This document shows positions 13,430-24,172 of a stretch of 64,000 nucleotides of DNA, piece after piece. How positions within the stretch are numbered: position 1 is the first letter of the stretch; the number at the start of each line of letters is the position of its first letter. The notes under the pieces are model-generated. The model was not told where the DNA came from and made no database searches. It was given only the letters and a program-made list of their open reading frames with translations. The stretch lies in the IMG/VR virus record IMGVR_UViG_3300047476_002078, positions 124,001 to 188,000 of that record. One strand, given 5' to 3'. The position numbers and the translations under genes were made by a program.

Positions 13430-13897
13430 ATAGGAACATATAAAGGGTAAAGACATGACATATATCAAGACTTCCATAAAAGAAAAGGAACCTGTGATAT
13501 AGCCATTCAGAACGAACACCCATAGGAACATATATGGGAAGTAATCAGACTGTGATCTGTGTGGGAGAAACCTAAAGAGATTTGAGGTAATCCTCACCCT
13601 CACCCGTAATAACATACTGCCTTGAAGCCTGTTTAATATCAGCCGTACCCTTATTAGCAAGCCCTAACTTCACAAGTACGTTAGCGTCTTTAATCTCAGC
13701 ACTATCCATTAAAAACCTTTCAAGCGGACCCTTCTCTAAAACTCGTAAAAGTTTTAACTGGGAAGGAGATAATTTAGTAGAAGATACCCTACGCTCTAAA
13801 TCCGCTATCTTTGACTTAATACTCATATAGAACCCCTTAATACAGTATAGAACATATAAAAGAAAAACAGGAGGGAAATACCCTATAGGAACATATA
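13430..13897. repeat. three dispersed 13-bp direct repeats ATAGGAACATATA
   Basis: Copies at 13430, 13522 and 13885, plus variant ATAGAACATATA near 13847. Confidence 0.8.
13572..13826 (-). CDS. small basic hypothetical protein, winged-helix-like
   Basis: 84 aa, RBS AGGGG; LSPSQLKLL...LVKLGL...YVITGEGEDYL pattern. Confidence 0.65.
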   Translation of the reverse strand: MSIKSKIADLERRVSSTKLSPSQLKLLRVLEKGPLERFLMDSAEIKDANVLVKLGLANKGTADIKQASRQYVITGEGEDYLKSL

Positions 13898-14355
13898 TGG
13901 AGCCATACAGTGAATCTGTGCGGTAGGATAGGATAAAGGATAAGGCGGTAAGATAGATAAGCAGTAAGGCGGTATAAGGAGCGGTAGGAAGTGAAACCGT
14001 GAATCCGTGGAGTACAAGAAGTCTTAATACAAAAAACAGTGTTTTGAACGTATAAAAGTATTATAACAAGTGGTGTTCATTATTGAAACCCTGTGTTAAA
14101 AGACCATTTTTGATACTAATGAATTGAAATCAGCGTATTTTTTGTTTTTTCAGCGTTATAGCCTCCTGAAATCTATTAAAAGTCTCAAAAACCCATAAAA
14201 ATACCCTTAAAATGCCGTTTTTAGGCAAAACTTCGTGAGCGAATTTTTTTTGGAAATTTTAAAAAGTCAAGGATTATTTTACGGTAAATTTTACGGTGAA
14301 CTTTACGGTGCATTTGTCAAGCGAAAAATTTTATTTTTTTTGTCAACTAAATTTT

Positions 14356-14531
14356 CTCCCGAACAGATTCACGGAATCCGAAACTCCCGAACGGTTTCAC
14401 GGAATCCGAAACTCCCGAACGGTTTCACGGAATCCGAAACTCCCGAACGGTTTCACGGAATCCGAAACTTCACGGAATCCGAAACTCCCGAACGGTTTCA
14501 CGGAATCCGAAACTCCCGAACGGTTTCACGG
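14356..14531. repeat. tandem array of 28-bp unit CACGGAATCCGAAACTCCCGAACGGTTT
   Basis: Full units at 14370, 14398, 14426, 14471 and 14499; truncated 17-bp unit at 14454; partial flanks. Confidence 0.95.
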
Positions 14532-14652
14532 TTTACTTCGCCTCGACTTCGGAATCCTTCGACAGGCGGATATATACGGAAAGCGGATATATGGTTCGGA
14601 ATCCAATATTCATACGCATGTTATCGTTTGTAGCCTGTATAGGGTTTTAAAC

Positions 14653-14710
14653 GTGAATCTGTGTGGGTGTTTTTAGATATTCATACGCAGAGGTGAATCT
14701 GTGTGGGTGT
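14653..14710 (+). repeat. 18-bp direct repeat GTGAATCTGTGTGGGTGT x2
   Basis: Copies at 14653-14670 and 14693-14710. Confidence 0.85.
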
Positions 14711-14778
14711 ATATTGTAATGTGCTTTAAGGGCGGTAAAGTAAATTATAATTGCAACTACCAAGGATGCAATATCAAT

Positions 14779-14805
14779 TAAAAAAGCCTCCCTAAGCGGA
14801 GGCTT
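14779..14805 (-). terminator. intrinsic terminator for the minus-strand gene 14833..15231
   Basis: AAGCCTCC-ctaagc-GGAGGCTT hairpin flanked by an A-run (U-tract on the minus strand). Confidence 0.7.
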
Positions 14806-14831
14806 GTTGGCAATCCTGCCTTTGGTTATCT

Positions 14832-14847
14832 TCTATACCGATTCCAC
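14832..14847 (-). promoter_or_regulatory. 16-bp promoter-like element (15/16)
   Basis: GTGGAATCGGTATAG forms the last codons and stop (VESV*) of the minus-strand ORF. Confidence 0.55.
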
Positions 14848-15231
14848 TATTTTTTCGTATCTGTATTTTTGGCTTTCTTCATTCCATCCAACTTTAAACT
14901 CTACTTGTATCATTAAGTTTCCATTTTCTTCCCACAAATAATAGGAGTAGTGTGTTTGTTGGGCTTCCTCAGAAAAATCTGGAATAATACGAACTTCTGT
15001 CCATTTTCCAGAGTTTTCTGGAGCAAAAGATTTCTCCATAAGTTTTCCGACTATATAAGACCCTAAACAATCTGCATCTAAAGTCGGGCTTCCTTCCTTA
15101 AAGTCTTTGACAAGTGCTCTGAGTTCTTGCCCTAGAGATTTAGGGTGTCCATCACTACGGCGGTACACTGTAGTTAAAATCTCTTCTGTTTTTTTGTCAC
15201 GGTAAATAACAATTTTAGCATCTGTTGACAT
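14833..15231 (-). CDS. conserved-type phage hypothetical protein
   Basis: Start re-assigned to MSTDAKIV (RBS GAGG, downstream of the motif at 15286); YRRSDGHP resembles the common YxHxDGYP phage family. Confidence 0.7.
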   Translation of the reverse strand: MSTDAKIVIYRDKKTEEILTTVYRRSDGHPKSLGQELRALVKDFKEGSPTLDADCLGSYIVGKLMEKSFAPENSGKWTEVRIIPDFSEEAQQTHYSYYLWEENGNLMIQVEFKVGWNEESQKYRYEKIVESV

Positions 15232-15285
15232 ATATCTTCCTCTGTGTGATGGAGTAGTCAGTTCTCCATCTTTGTTTCTCGGAGG

Positions 15286-15301
15286 GCTATACCGATTCCA
15301 C
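15286..15301 (-). promoter_or_regulatory. 16-bp promoter-like element
   Basis: Exact copy on the minus strand. Confidence 0.75.
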
Positions 15302-15600
15302 CATAGTATTATTCCACCCTTGTACTCCATAGTTTCACCTTGGACTCCGTTTCGGATTCCAGTCTCACCTTGGACTCCAGTATTCTTGATTTTAGTAACA
15401 ATTTTTGTTTAGCGGAAATTCCTGATTAAAATCGTTGACATGATGCGTCCGAGAATAGTTCTTTTAGGTAGGGTTATCTAAGCATAAATAAAATCCAGTT
15501 ATCTGGAATTTCCGTATAACTGCTTTTTGTTTAGCTTCCCAACAGGGACAGTTTTTGTCTTTCTGTTGCTGCGGATGGTTGGGTTACTCCGGGCAAAATG

Positions 15601-15616
15601 GTGGAATCGGTATAGC
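15601..15616 (+). promoter_or_regulatory. 16-bp promoter-like element
   Basis: Exact copy; ATG at 15643. Confidence 0.8.
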
Positions 15617-15949
15617 ACTCGAAACGATAACGGGAGGAACCCATGTTAAAGACAATCAGAAGAGACAAGTTAAAAAGGGATATAGCGAAGGGCTTGTATG
15701 TTTGTAAGTGTAACTACCACTTTTCAGACGACGCTAGGTACGACTACATTTCGGATGAGAATACCGCCTATAAACAGATTAACCTCATTTCTGAGGGCAA
15801 TAAAAGGGACTACGACAAGATCAACTTGAGGGATGATGATTTCTCTAGTCAGGTTGGTAGGGCGTGGGAAAATGCGGATGGGAGCGTGACTTTGGTTATC
15901 CACTCGAATCTTTCTTATGACTTTAAAAAGGTATAAATAAAAATTGATT

Positions 15950-15977
15950 GCCTCCCGTTTTGGGAGGCTTTTTATTT
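15950..15977 (+). terminator. intrinsic terminator
   Basis: GCCTCCC-gtttt-GGGAGGC followed by TTTTTATTT. Confidence 0.85.
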
Positions 15978-15980
15978 GGG

Positions 15981-15996
15981 GTGGAATCGGTATAGC
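15981..15996 (+). promoter_or_regulatory. 16-bp promoter-like element
   Basis: Exact copy; no ORF before the next copy at 16084. Confidence 0.75.
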
Positions 15997-16083
15997 GGTT
16001 GAGTGCGAAAAGGGAACGCTGACCTGACTCTACCATGGTAGGGGGAGGTACATACAGGGAGGGGGGAGGAGAAATGGAATTGG

Positions 16084-16099
16084 GTGGAATCGGTATAGC
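16084..16099 (+). promoter_or_regulatory. 16-bp promoter-like element
   Basis: Exact copy; ATG at 16129. Confidence 0.8.
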
Positions 16100-16666
16100 A
16101 TCTGAAACCAACAACGGAGGAGATTCCAATGAAACTTACCCCTGCCCAAAAGAAACTTGAAAACTTCCTTAAAGAGAAGGGAGGAACTGTTTATGGTCCA
16201 GAAGTGAACAGGATGTTTGATAAGCGTGTGGTTGACTCAATGGTGTCTAAAGGTGTGGTAGAAAGCGTAGGTCGCTCTTACCTCAGACAGGACGATATGG
16301 AGATGGTTTACTACCACGAATACCGCCTTGTGGAAAAGACAGCGGAATTGAAGGCACGTAAAGAGGCTTTGTTGGCGGAACTTAAAAAGGTCGAAGAGGA
16401 ATTGGCAGCTTAATATAACGGAGGGGAGGCATGAAAGACTATAGAGTGTGGCTACGTTCCGTACCGAGCTTTTACGCTCAATATGATGGGTATGTGGATG
16501 TTTGGGCGGAGGATGAGGAGGAAGCGGTGGAGAAGGCTTTAAGAAAGATTCAGCGTGAATCCTTTCCTGATCGTGGTAGAGGGATGTGGAAAGTGGAGAA
16601 AGTAGAGCGGATGTGATACACATGCGTAGCACATGTGGCACACATCTTGCAGAAAAAAGAGTTAGA

Positions 16667-16682
16667 GTGGAATCGGTATAGC
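16667..16682 (+). promoter_or_regulatory. 16-bp promoter-like element
   Basis: Exact copy; no ORF before the next copy at 16758. Confidence 0.75.
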
Positions 16683-16757
16683 CTTCGAGACGGCGAAAGG
16701 GCAACGCAGATACCCGACTCTACCATGGTAGGGGGAGGAGCTACCGCTCGGAGTACG

Positions 16758-16773
16758 GTGGAATCGGTATAGC
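16758..16773 (+). promoter_or_regulatory. 16-bp promoter-like element
   Basis: Exact copy; ATG at 16799. Confidence 0.8.
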
Positions 16774-16798
16774 CTCTGAGAGAAAAACGGAGGTTGTC

Positions 16799-17182
16799 AT
16801 GAAAAAGAAAAGCAAACAATTAAAGAACAAAGATATGAATAATGAGGTGTATGCCTTACGTCGTAGGGTAATGAACTTCATTTATGAGGCTAGGGAGTTG
16901 GCGGAGATGCCGAGGGTTGAGGTAAGGATTACCGATAACCACGAAAGGATTTTGGGGCAGGCTCGGATGAGTGGGAACATCATTTGGATTACTGAAAGGG
17001 CTGTGACTTATTCCGACTTTGACTTGAGAACGATTGTGTTCCATGAGTTACTTCATGCGGTGTTTGGGGTGGAGCATGATGAGGGCTGTAAACTAATGAA
17101 GGCGATACATGAGCCTTTAACCAAATCGGAAGTACATAAACTGTTTAAGGGTTGGGTTAAGAAATCTAGTTTAGCTGCTTAG
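16799..17182 (+). CDS. SprT-like zinc metallopeptidase domain protein
   Basis: ILGQA...IWI...TIVFHELLHAVFG (HExxH) followed by H...C..M. Confidence 0.7.
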   Translation: MKKKSKQLKNKDMNNEVYALRRRVMNFIYEARELAEMPRVEVRITDNHERILGQARMSGNIIWITERAVTYSDFDLRTIVFHELLHAVFGVEHDEGCKLMKAIHEPLTKSEVHKLFKGWVKKSSLAA

Positions 17183-17198
17183 GTGGAATCGGTATAGC
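17183..17198 (+). promoter_or_regulatory. 16-bp promoter-like element
   Basis: Exact copy immediately after the TAG of 16799..17182. Confidence 0.8.
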
Positions 17199-17938
17199 CA
17201 GTGAAAGAAACTGGAGGGTTTATGAAATCTCAAAAAGACAAAGACTTTGTGGAATACGTGATGAGCTTCTATGGAGCAGGAGGATTGTATCAGGAATTTT
17301 TTGGTACAGGTGTTTCTGAATCGGAAGTTAAGAAGGCTTTGAGAATCCGTAAGAAGAACAAGAAGTTTGCGTTTGACGGAGATTCCATGGATAGGGAGAT
17401 TGTTCGAGATATTATGTTGTATCAGCGTGGCGACAGAAATCTTGAATGTAACATGAAACCTTACTTTGGGGCTTAATATGAATGACTTTGATTTTCATTA
17501 TCTATATATCAGTTCAAAAACTATCAAGCCGTTGAAAGACTTCGGCGTGGAGCGTGAGCGTATCCACGGTAGGGTAGAGTATCGGCGTGGTCAGTATCCT
17601 AAGAAATTCTATGAGACTTCCATCCATGGCACGGTATCGGAGTTGGAAGAGAAAATGTCGGAAGCTAGGAAGCATGGGCTTTTGGCGGTAATGAAATACC
17701 ACTGTGCGGATTAGGAAGGTTGTATGAAATTGGATGTAAATTTTGTTGGAAGGCGTAGTGGTGCTTTGGGAGTTACCTACGAGATTAGGGAGACTTTGGA
17801 AGTACCAGATAACATCACTTTTGAAGAGTTTCGTATGAAACTTTACGAAGTTGGTTATGAGTGTATCAATCTTGACGTGCGAGATGTTTACGTATCAGGA
17901 ACGAACGACCGTCATTTTTATGATAGGGCAAGAGCATA

Positions 17939-17954
17939 GTGGAATCGGTATAGC
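17939..17954 (+). promoter_or_regulatory. 16-bp promoter-like element
   Basis: Exact copy sharing its G with the TAG of 17724..17939; next ATG at 17980. Confidence 0.8.
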
Positions 17955-18813
17955 CTTCGAGGAAACTTTGGAGGCTTTCATGAGTTACCGAAACAGTTAC
18001 AAAAATCTAAAACATATCCCGACTAAAAAACTTCAGGAAATCCTTGATTCCAACCATTGTACTGGAATCGACGGTGCGGATTACGAGCCTGTGAAAGAAG
18101 AGTTGGAACATATTTTGTGGGAACGTCAGAACCGTCAAGCCGAGGCAGAGATGAAGCGGATGGAAAAAGAGTGGGAAGCCTACGAACAATATTTAGAAGT
18201 AGCATAGGAGAATATATGGAAAAGTTACGAAACTTACATGCCAAGTACGTTGTTGAGATGACTGAAAGAAACACAATGGCTCAGAAGAAACTTGAGGCTT
18301 TGCACAAAGAGGATTGGGAAACGGCTCAACATTTTGTGGGGTTACAATGTTATCACCAAGGGCGTGCGGAAGTTTTTGCGGAACTGCTCAAAGAGATGGG
18401 AGTTGTTGTAAACGTGGGTTCCCAAATCACAGAACTTTTTAACGAAGGTATGAGACAATAGACCGTAGGTTGTACTACAATTTACGGTATGTTTGGAGCC
18501 ATTGAGATAAAAGACAACTTTGCAAAATTTTCTACCACTTCATTGGAGGGGTTAGACTTTTTAAAGGGCAGGAATGATGTTCCTGTTTATAAAACCGTAA
18601 AAGTTCCCCGACCGACACACCCAACTTCAGAGATTTATGAGATACGTAATGGAGAGTTCTGGGTTCAGACTTCGGAAGTTTTGTATTACAAGGTTGAGAT
18701 TGACTTAGAGAGCTTTGAGGATTCCTTTTTCAAACAGGTTTTCATGGGTTTTTGTAAATTTGTTATTCCTGTATTTTTTAATTGGGTAGTACAACGTCGG
18801 ATTAGAAGACTTT

Positions 18814-19371
18814 ATGTTTGGTTCAACTCGCATTTGCACAACAAACAAACCCATTTGTAAGGATTTATACCCTCAAATAGAAAAAGGTGTGTTGGAATTG
18901 GTTCTCACTTTCATTAGAGCCGGTTTTTTCACTATTTCTTCTTGTGAAGGTCATCGAAAGCTTGAAAATCAGTGGAGATATGTGACTTTGGCGTTCCCGA
19001 AGCGGTGGATGGCAGAGAGATTTTTGCGTTTGGAGCCGCCTTCTGGAGTGTTTTTCGAGGAAACTTTGTGGTCAGACTCTTATTACATGAGTTCGGAGCT
19101 TCCAGATGGTGTGTATAAGATGCGTGGGGAGCATTTTAGTAGCAAGACAGAGGGTTTTCAGGTGAGTGAGAGGTGTAAAAAGCTCTTTAAGGTCGATTCT
19201 AATGATTGGGTTTTGGTACAGGTGTCGGTATATCCGATTACGGAGCGTCCAACTAACCTTTATGAGGTGTGGATGTCAGCACTTTGCCGTCATTTTCCTT
19301 CTTTTTTCTATAAATTCTTTGAATATCAAAGCACGAAACGTCTTATTAAGTGGTTAAAAGCCTTGGAATAA
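18814..19371 (+). CDS. hypothetical protein
   Basis: 185 aa with TISSCEGH motif. Confidence 0.65.
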   Translation: MFGSTRICTTNKPICKDLYPQIEKGVLELVLTFIRAGFFTISSCEGHRKLENQWRYVTLAFPKRWMAERFLRLEPPSGVFFEETLWSDSYYMSSELPDGVYKMRGEHFSSKTEGFQVSERCKKLFKVDSNDWVLVQVSVYPITERPTNLYEVWMSALCRHFPSFFYKFFEYQSTKRLIKWLKALE

Positions 19372-19374
19372 AAA

Positions 19375-19424
19375 CTACAGCCGTCATTGAAGGTTTCTGG
19401 GAGGAAATTTAGTGACGGCTGTAG
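19375..19424. terminator. 14-bp inverted repeat, possible terminator hairpin
   Basis: CTACAGCCGTCATT ... AGTGACGGCTGTAG directly after a stop codon. Confidence 0.55.
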
Positions 19425-19640
19425 CTTTATGATACGGAGGAATGGTTCCGATCAATTATGGCTAGGCTACATTCTAGTGAAAATGCGTAAAGTCATTCAA
19501 TAAAATTAAGCCTTTTCCTTTTTAACCGCAAATTTCCTTTAAAATTCAACATATTAGCGTCAACAGGAAGCTTCCCGGCTTTGTTCCCGGTTTGTATCCC
19601 AAAGTTAGTCCGAAAAAATTCCCCAAAATCGGAATAACGG

Positions 19641-19656
19641 GTGGAATCGGTATAGC
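19641..19656 (+). promoter_or_regulatory. 16-bp promoter-like element
   Basis: Exact copy; ATG at 19682. Confidence 0.8.
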
Positions 19657-19978
19657 AGGTGAAAGGAAAACGGAGGTTTTTATGGAAACAATGTTCAGAA
19701 TGTCGGTGTTTGTTGTGGGAGTCAAAAAGAGATGTCGCAAAGTTGATCGACATCATTTGAATGGAGGCTACATGCCCTACAACGATGGAGTTTTTGACAG
19801 ATGCGAAGTCGAGCAGAAGGCAAGAGATATGGTTGATACCAACATGAAGTCAGCAAACAAGATTCATGTAAAACTTACGAAAGTCGAGTTCAAAGAAGAC
19901 AACGGAATCACAATCGAGAGCTTTCTAATGTTCGACGATGCTCACGTAGCGTTCGATATAGCTGCCTAAACATCCGAA

Positions 19979-19994
19979 GTGGAATCGGTATAGC
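19979..19994 (+). promoter_or_regulatory. 16-bp promoter-like element
   Basis: Exact copy; ATG at 20014. Confidence 0.8.
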
Positions 19995-20013
19995 AGGCGA
20001 GAGGGAGAAACTT

Positions 20014-20622
20014 ATGAAAACAATGATGATTATGAAGACGACAATTGTAATAGTGCTCATGCTTAATCTTGTAAGCTGTGCAAGTAAAAAGACATTCGGA
20101 GATGGAGCCTATGAGACTGCGGATTATTCCGAACAACCTACCCACTGGGAAGACAGGTTCAATGAGTGGGATAGCCGAGAGCTTATCAAAGGTTCACTGG
20201 AATCTTTCGGAGTGTGTGGTTTACGGAAAAATCACATCTATATGATTGCAAACTTTGAGAACCAGACTTCAGAAGAACTTGATATGGCTCAACTGAAGCG
20301 AGAAATGATCGACCAGATTCAGCTTCGAGGTTTATCGGTTGTGGATAAAGATTCCCGACCTGATATTCATCAAGAGCATGAATACAATGCGACAGGATAC
20401 GTGAACCCTACCAAAGCCGCCGTAAAAGGTAAGCAGGAAGGAGTGGAGATTCTTTTGAGAGTGGCAGTATCTTCTAAAACTCAGGTATCCCCAGATCGAA
20501 ATGAAAAGACTGTCAGATACAAACTATCAGTACAAGGAGTTGATATGGAATCAGCACTTGTGAAATGTACAGGGTTAGCGGAAGTTAAAAAACGCTACCA
20601 ACGTGTACGTGAGGCTTTTTAG
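20014..20622 (+). CDS. lipoprotein, LpoB (PBP activator)/CsgG-like fold
   Basis: Signal peptide with lipobox LVSC; NFENQTSEELD and YKLSVQGVDMES segments resemble the LpoB family. Confidence 0.6.
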   Translation: MKTMMIMKTTIVIVLMLNLVSCASKKTFGDGAYETADYSEQPTHWEDRFNEWDSRELIKGSLESFGVCGLRKNHIYMIANFENQTSEELDMAQLKREMIDQIQLRGLSVVDKDSRPDIHQEHEYNATGYVNPTKAAVKGKQEGVEILLRVAVSSKTQVSPDRNEKTVRYKLSVQGVDMESALVKCTGLAEVKKRYQRVREAF

Positions 20623-20812
20623 CATGGAAGGTAAATATGAACTACGAACAACTAAGTGAGTTAGCAAGATTATACGCAAAAGACGATTGTTTCAGAAGCG
20701 AGATTTTAAAAAGGGTAGCGAAACTACCGAAAGAGCAAAGAGAGACTTTTGAAACTATGAAGAACCTCTACTGCATTTTACAAAATTCAGGAGAGTTAAA
20801 GGAAAGAAAGAA

Positions 20813-21487
20813 ATGCGAACAGTAATAGCCCTTATCTTTATGTTAGTCAGCACTCAAACCCATGCTGAAAGAAAAGTTGAATGGGTTAGAGTTTTCAACG
20901 AAGCTGAAAGTGTTACCGATCTTGAAAGGTCTGCGGTTTTAATGGAGCAAGACGATTACATCCGCCACAGAGAAGACTTGAAAGGTCACTTGGATAAAGA
21001 CCACGGTACGAATCCTCCTAGCGACTTGGAGCGAGAATACGTGTACTGGAAAATCGCTCACTCTTATCTGTTCTTTTACGAGAGATACCATGAAAAAGAA
21101 AATCTGATTAAGATGAATATCTACATGCGTAAACTTCTTGAGATTCCAAACCGTCATTTGTTTAGCGAGTATCTGATTGCAAGGATACAGGAGCACAATG
21201 GGGAGAGTTACTCTTCAAAAGTGAAAGTACCGAGAGGGACAACTTTTTGGGAGTTTGACAGATTTCAGGATACGCATGGATTTTTTCTCGATGACGTAAG
21301 TAAAGAGTACAAAGAGATTGCGGATAAGAAGCGTATGGGATTTTTCAAGACGGTATGTTGGGTTTTAATGATTTGTGTTGGGGGAGCAAAGTTTGACAAT
21401 GAAGTTATCTTGAAAGATTTGCACAAACCTTTTTATGTCACGATTCATACAAAAGACGGTTACTACAAACCAGAGGAGGTAAAATGA
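20813..21487 (+). CDS. putative secreted hypothetical protein
   Basis: Signal-peptide-like MRTVIALIFMLVSTQTHA. Confidence 0.65.
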   Translation: MRTVIALIFMLVSTQTHAERKVEWVRVFNEAESVTDLERSAVLMEQDDYIRHREDLKGHLDKDHGTNPPSDLEREYVYWKIAHSYLFFYERYHEKENLIKMNIYMRKLLEIPNRHLFSEYLIARIQEHNGESYSSKVKVPRGTTFWEFDRFQDTHGFFLDDVSKEYKEIADKKRMGFFKTVCWVLMICVGGAKFDNEVILKDLHKPFYVTIHTKDGYYKPEEVK

Positions 21488-22680
21488 GGCATGAACTTTT
21501 ACACTATGCGATATACCATGGTTTTAAAATGCCACGATTTGATATGAGCGTACTAGAATATAAGGAGAAATTGAAACAACAGTACGAGTTCACGGATGAA
21601 GAAGCTGATATGTATATGGAAGAACTTTTGGAAGATGAAGTTAAAAACTTTTATTGGGAAAAGTTTGGTAAAGGTAAGGTCGGCAATGGATGATTTTTTT
21701 AAAAAAGAAAAATGTGACAGGTGCGGCAAAAAATTAGATACTCGTATTCAGAGTTGGTTTACGGAAGAAGTTATTTGTATGGATTGTAGTGATGTTGAAA
21801 AAGATATTAAACATCGGGCAATCAATAGTGGGCACGGAGACATGGAGGGTTGCGGTTATGTTCCTGAGTTTAAAAAAGTTGATTAGAAAGATTCTATCTG
21901 TTCGTATTCGATATATGCCTCCTGATAAATCTGAGAATTGGTATTTTTGGTTAGCCTTTAATCCTACCTCCCGTGGAAGACAAAAAGGTTTCTTTTTGGA
22001 AATCTTCAAGCGTCGCTTTGAGCTTATGTGGTTGAGCAAGTTTCGAGACTAATAATATGAAGAAAGTAGTTGAACTTAAAAAAGACGAAGATGGGAATAG
22101 TTACTTCGATCTTCAAAATCTTTCGGACTTGTTTGATATTGAAAAAATTGACAGTTATGAAATAATCGAAAAAGACGGTGGAATCATCGTTTCTTTTTTC
22201 GATAAAGACGGGAACCCTGTTCTACCTAATGTCAGTCCGTGACAAAATGTCACGACTTGGAGAAACACATTGCCTACACATTATTGGGGTGACAAAGATT
22301 TTGATTGGGAAGCACTTGATGAAGCCATGTATGAGGGAGCCTCTATCATGCGGAAGTATGGTAAGGTGTGGGTTTCTACCAAAGAGAAATACGGAACGGC
22401 TCGCTGGGATATTTATCTTTATTATTCGTCAAAGTACCCTTTTATAAATGGAATTGTTCAAGCGTGGCAAAAAATAGTTATCCACTATGCGTTTACACAT
22501 ATCTGTAAAAAGTATCCGCATATAAGAGATGAGTTGTTGAGTGATGCACCTTCCGAACTTCTTCCGCCTGATTTGGCTTTGATTACTGCGAAAATGTGGA
22601 GTAATACTTGTGACCATTGCGGTGAGTGGTCAACCACAGATCACTATAAATGCCATTCGTGTGGTGAAATTAAAAAGAAG

Positions 22681-24096
22681 TCATAGTTCGACTATTTCAA
22701 ACTTTCTCATAATTTCTAATTGAGTTTCCATCTGTTCTAAAGTCATCAACGGAGCGACACGTTTCCCTTGACGTTTTTGGTCGATATAATTTTCCATCTT
22801 TTGAACTAGCATATCAATGTAAGATTGAGCGTAGTCTTTGCTGTAGTGATATTCCTGAATAAGGTACTTAATACCTTCAGGTTGTTTAATTTTAACTTTA
22901 GGTTCGTGCAAGCCCATATAGTTACTCCTCGATTTTTGTAATGTCTTCTTTGGAAAAATAAAGCACTCTATCTAATTCCAGTATCCGCACGGCGTACATA
23001 TAATAGCTGTTATCTTGTAAAGTTATAGCATCGACTCTCTCATATTTATGTAAGTCTCCAAGCCATCCTTCGCCCATTGGTGTCATAACTCTATCGCCTA
23101 AGCTCATGAGTTTTTCGCCACAGTGGATACAGTGTCCAATGTTTCCGCCTCTTCCTCTCCATGGTACGCAGTAGTGATTATTCATTTTTATTCTCCTCAT
23201 ATTCTTCAATCCAAAACTGATCGGATAAATCTTTTCCGCTATCCATACTTGCACATTCAGCATAATACTCTTTAATCTGATTCAGCATATTTTCTGCGGT
23301 TTTAATATTCTTTGCTTTCCAAAAGTTTGATTGGGAGTAATTTACAGATTCAATGATAGTCCGAAATTTTTTAAATCCTGTGAACCAATGTGGAGCAGTA
23401 AAGTTTTTTCCATATCTGATTCTATACAATTTCTGTATATATCCATTTTCCGTATAGGTACGATTTTTTAAATATTCTTTGATGTTATCGTGGTATTTTT
23501 TAAAGAATTGTTCGTGACTGTTCATTGGGTGAATAAAGTCTTTAAGTCTATTTTCCAAATCTTGTAAGTAAGCTGTTTCTTCTTTATCTCCTATGCGGAA
23601 GTAAGAGCCTTTTCTATCTCGAACCATTCCAACGATTTTTTCCAAATCGTATAAGGAGAGTTTTAAATTTCTGAATAATCTTTGTTTATCTTCTTCGTTC
23701 ATTAGTTACCTTTCAATTTTTTCTCGTATTCTTTAATCCATTCTTCAAGAGTAAGCTCATTCAAGCGAAACACATACACACTTTGACAAGAAAAGTTCCA
23801 AGCCTCTTTTCCAACGAAGTAAAAGTATCCTTCGCCTTTCACCAACGTAGTATCGTATCCTTGTTTTTTCAATTCTTTGTTTACTTTATCAAGAGTCAGT
23901 TTCATCCTGCCTCCTTCTCGTTATCTTCCATCATCATTGCAACTTCCATGTCGAAATGGTCGCTCATTGCCTCCATTCTACCTTCCATCTGATTTTCAAG
24001 AGCTTGCATCTCCCATTCGTCGTGCTCGAACTGGCACATTGGGCATAAGTCCTCGATTTTCTTAACGTGGTTTGGGCAACTGCATTTCCATTCCAT
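22681..24096 (-). other. minus-strand block of about 5 short hypothetical ORFs
   Basis: 22681..22917, 22922..about 23185, 23178..23702, 23702..23905, 23902..24096; abutting, led by a minus-strand copy of the 16-bp element. Confidence 0.75.
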
Positions 24097-24122
24097 AACT
24101 TCCTCCGTTTTGTCTCTCGGTT

Positions 24123-24138
24123 GCTATACCGAATCCAC
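24123..24138 (-). promoter_or_regulatory. 16-bp promoter-like element (variant)
   Basis: GTGGATTCGGTATAGC on the minus strand; ATG at 24096. Confidence 0.75.
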
Positions 24139-24156
24139 TACTTGAAATCCGAGAGG

Positions 24157-24172
24157 GTGGAATCGGTATAGC
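24157..24172 (+). promoter_or_regulatory. 16-bp promoter-like element
   Basis: Exact copy, back-to-back with 24123; ATG at 24195. Confidence 0.8.

Larger units (their letters stand above)
16026..16738 (+). repeat. 23-bp duplicated element GACTCTACCATGGTAGGGGGAGG with 12-bp palindrome CTACCATGGTAG
   Basis: Copies at 16026-16048 and 16716-16738. Confidence 0.9.
15643..22686 (+). other. block of about 20 short co-oriented ORFs, many preceded by the 16-bp element
   Basis: ORFs at 15643, 16129, 16431, 16799, 17222, 17466, 17724, 17980, 18216, 18489, 18814, 19682, 20014, 20637, 20813, 21484, 22057, 22270 and others, with strong GGAG/GGAGG RBS. Confidence 0.85.

Noticed and set aside
14356-14531. 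28-bp repeats as a CRISPR array
   Set aside because: Units are directly abutting with no unique spacers, and no cas genes are present
14235-14676. Two overlapping ORFs (14235..14633, 14296..14676) with repetitive TESETPERFHG / RNPKLPNG peptides
   Set aside because: They are translations of the 28-bp tandem array; the unit is not a multiple of 3 and there is no convincing RBS
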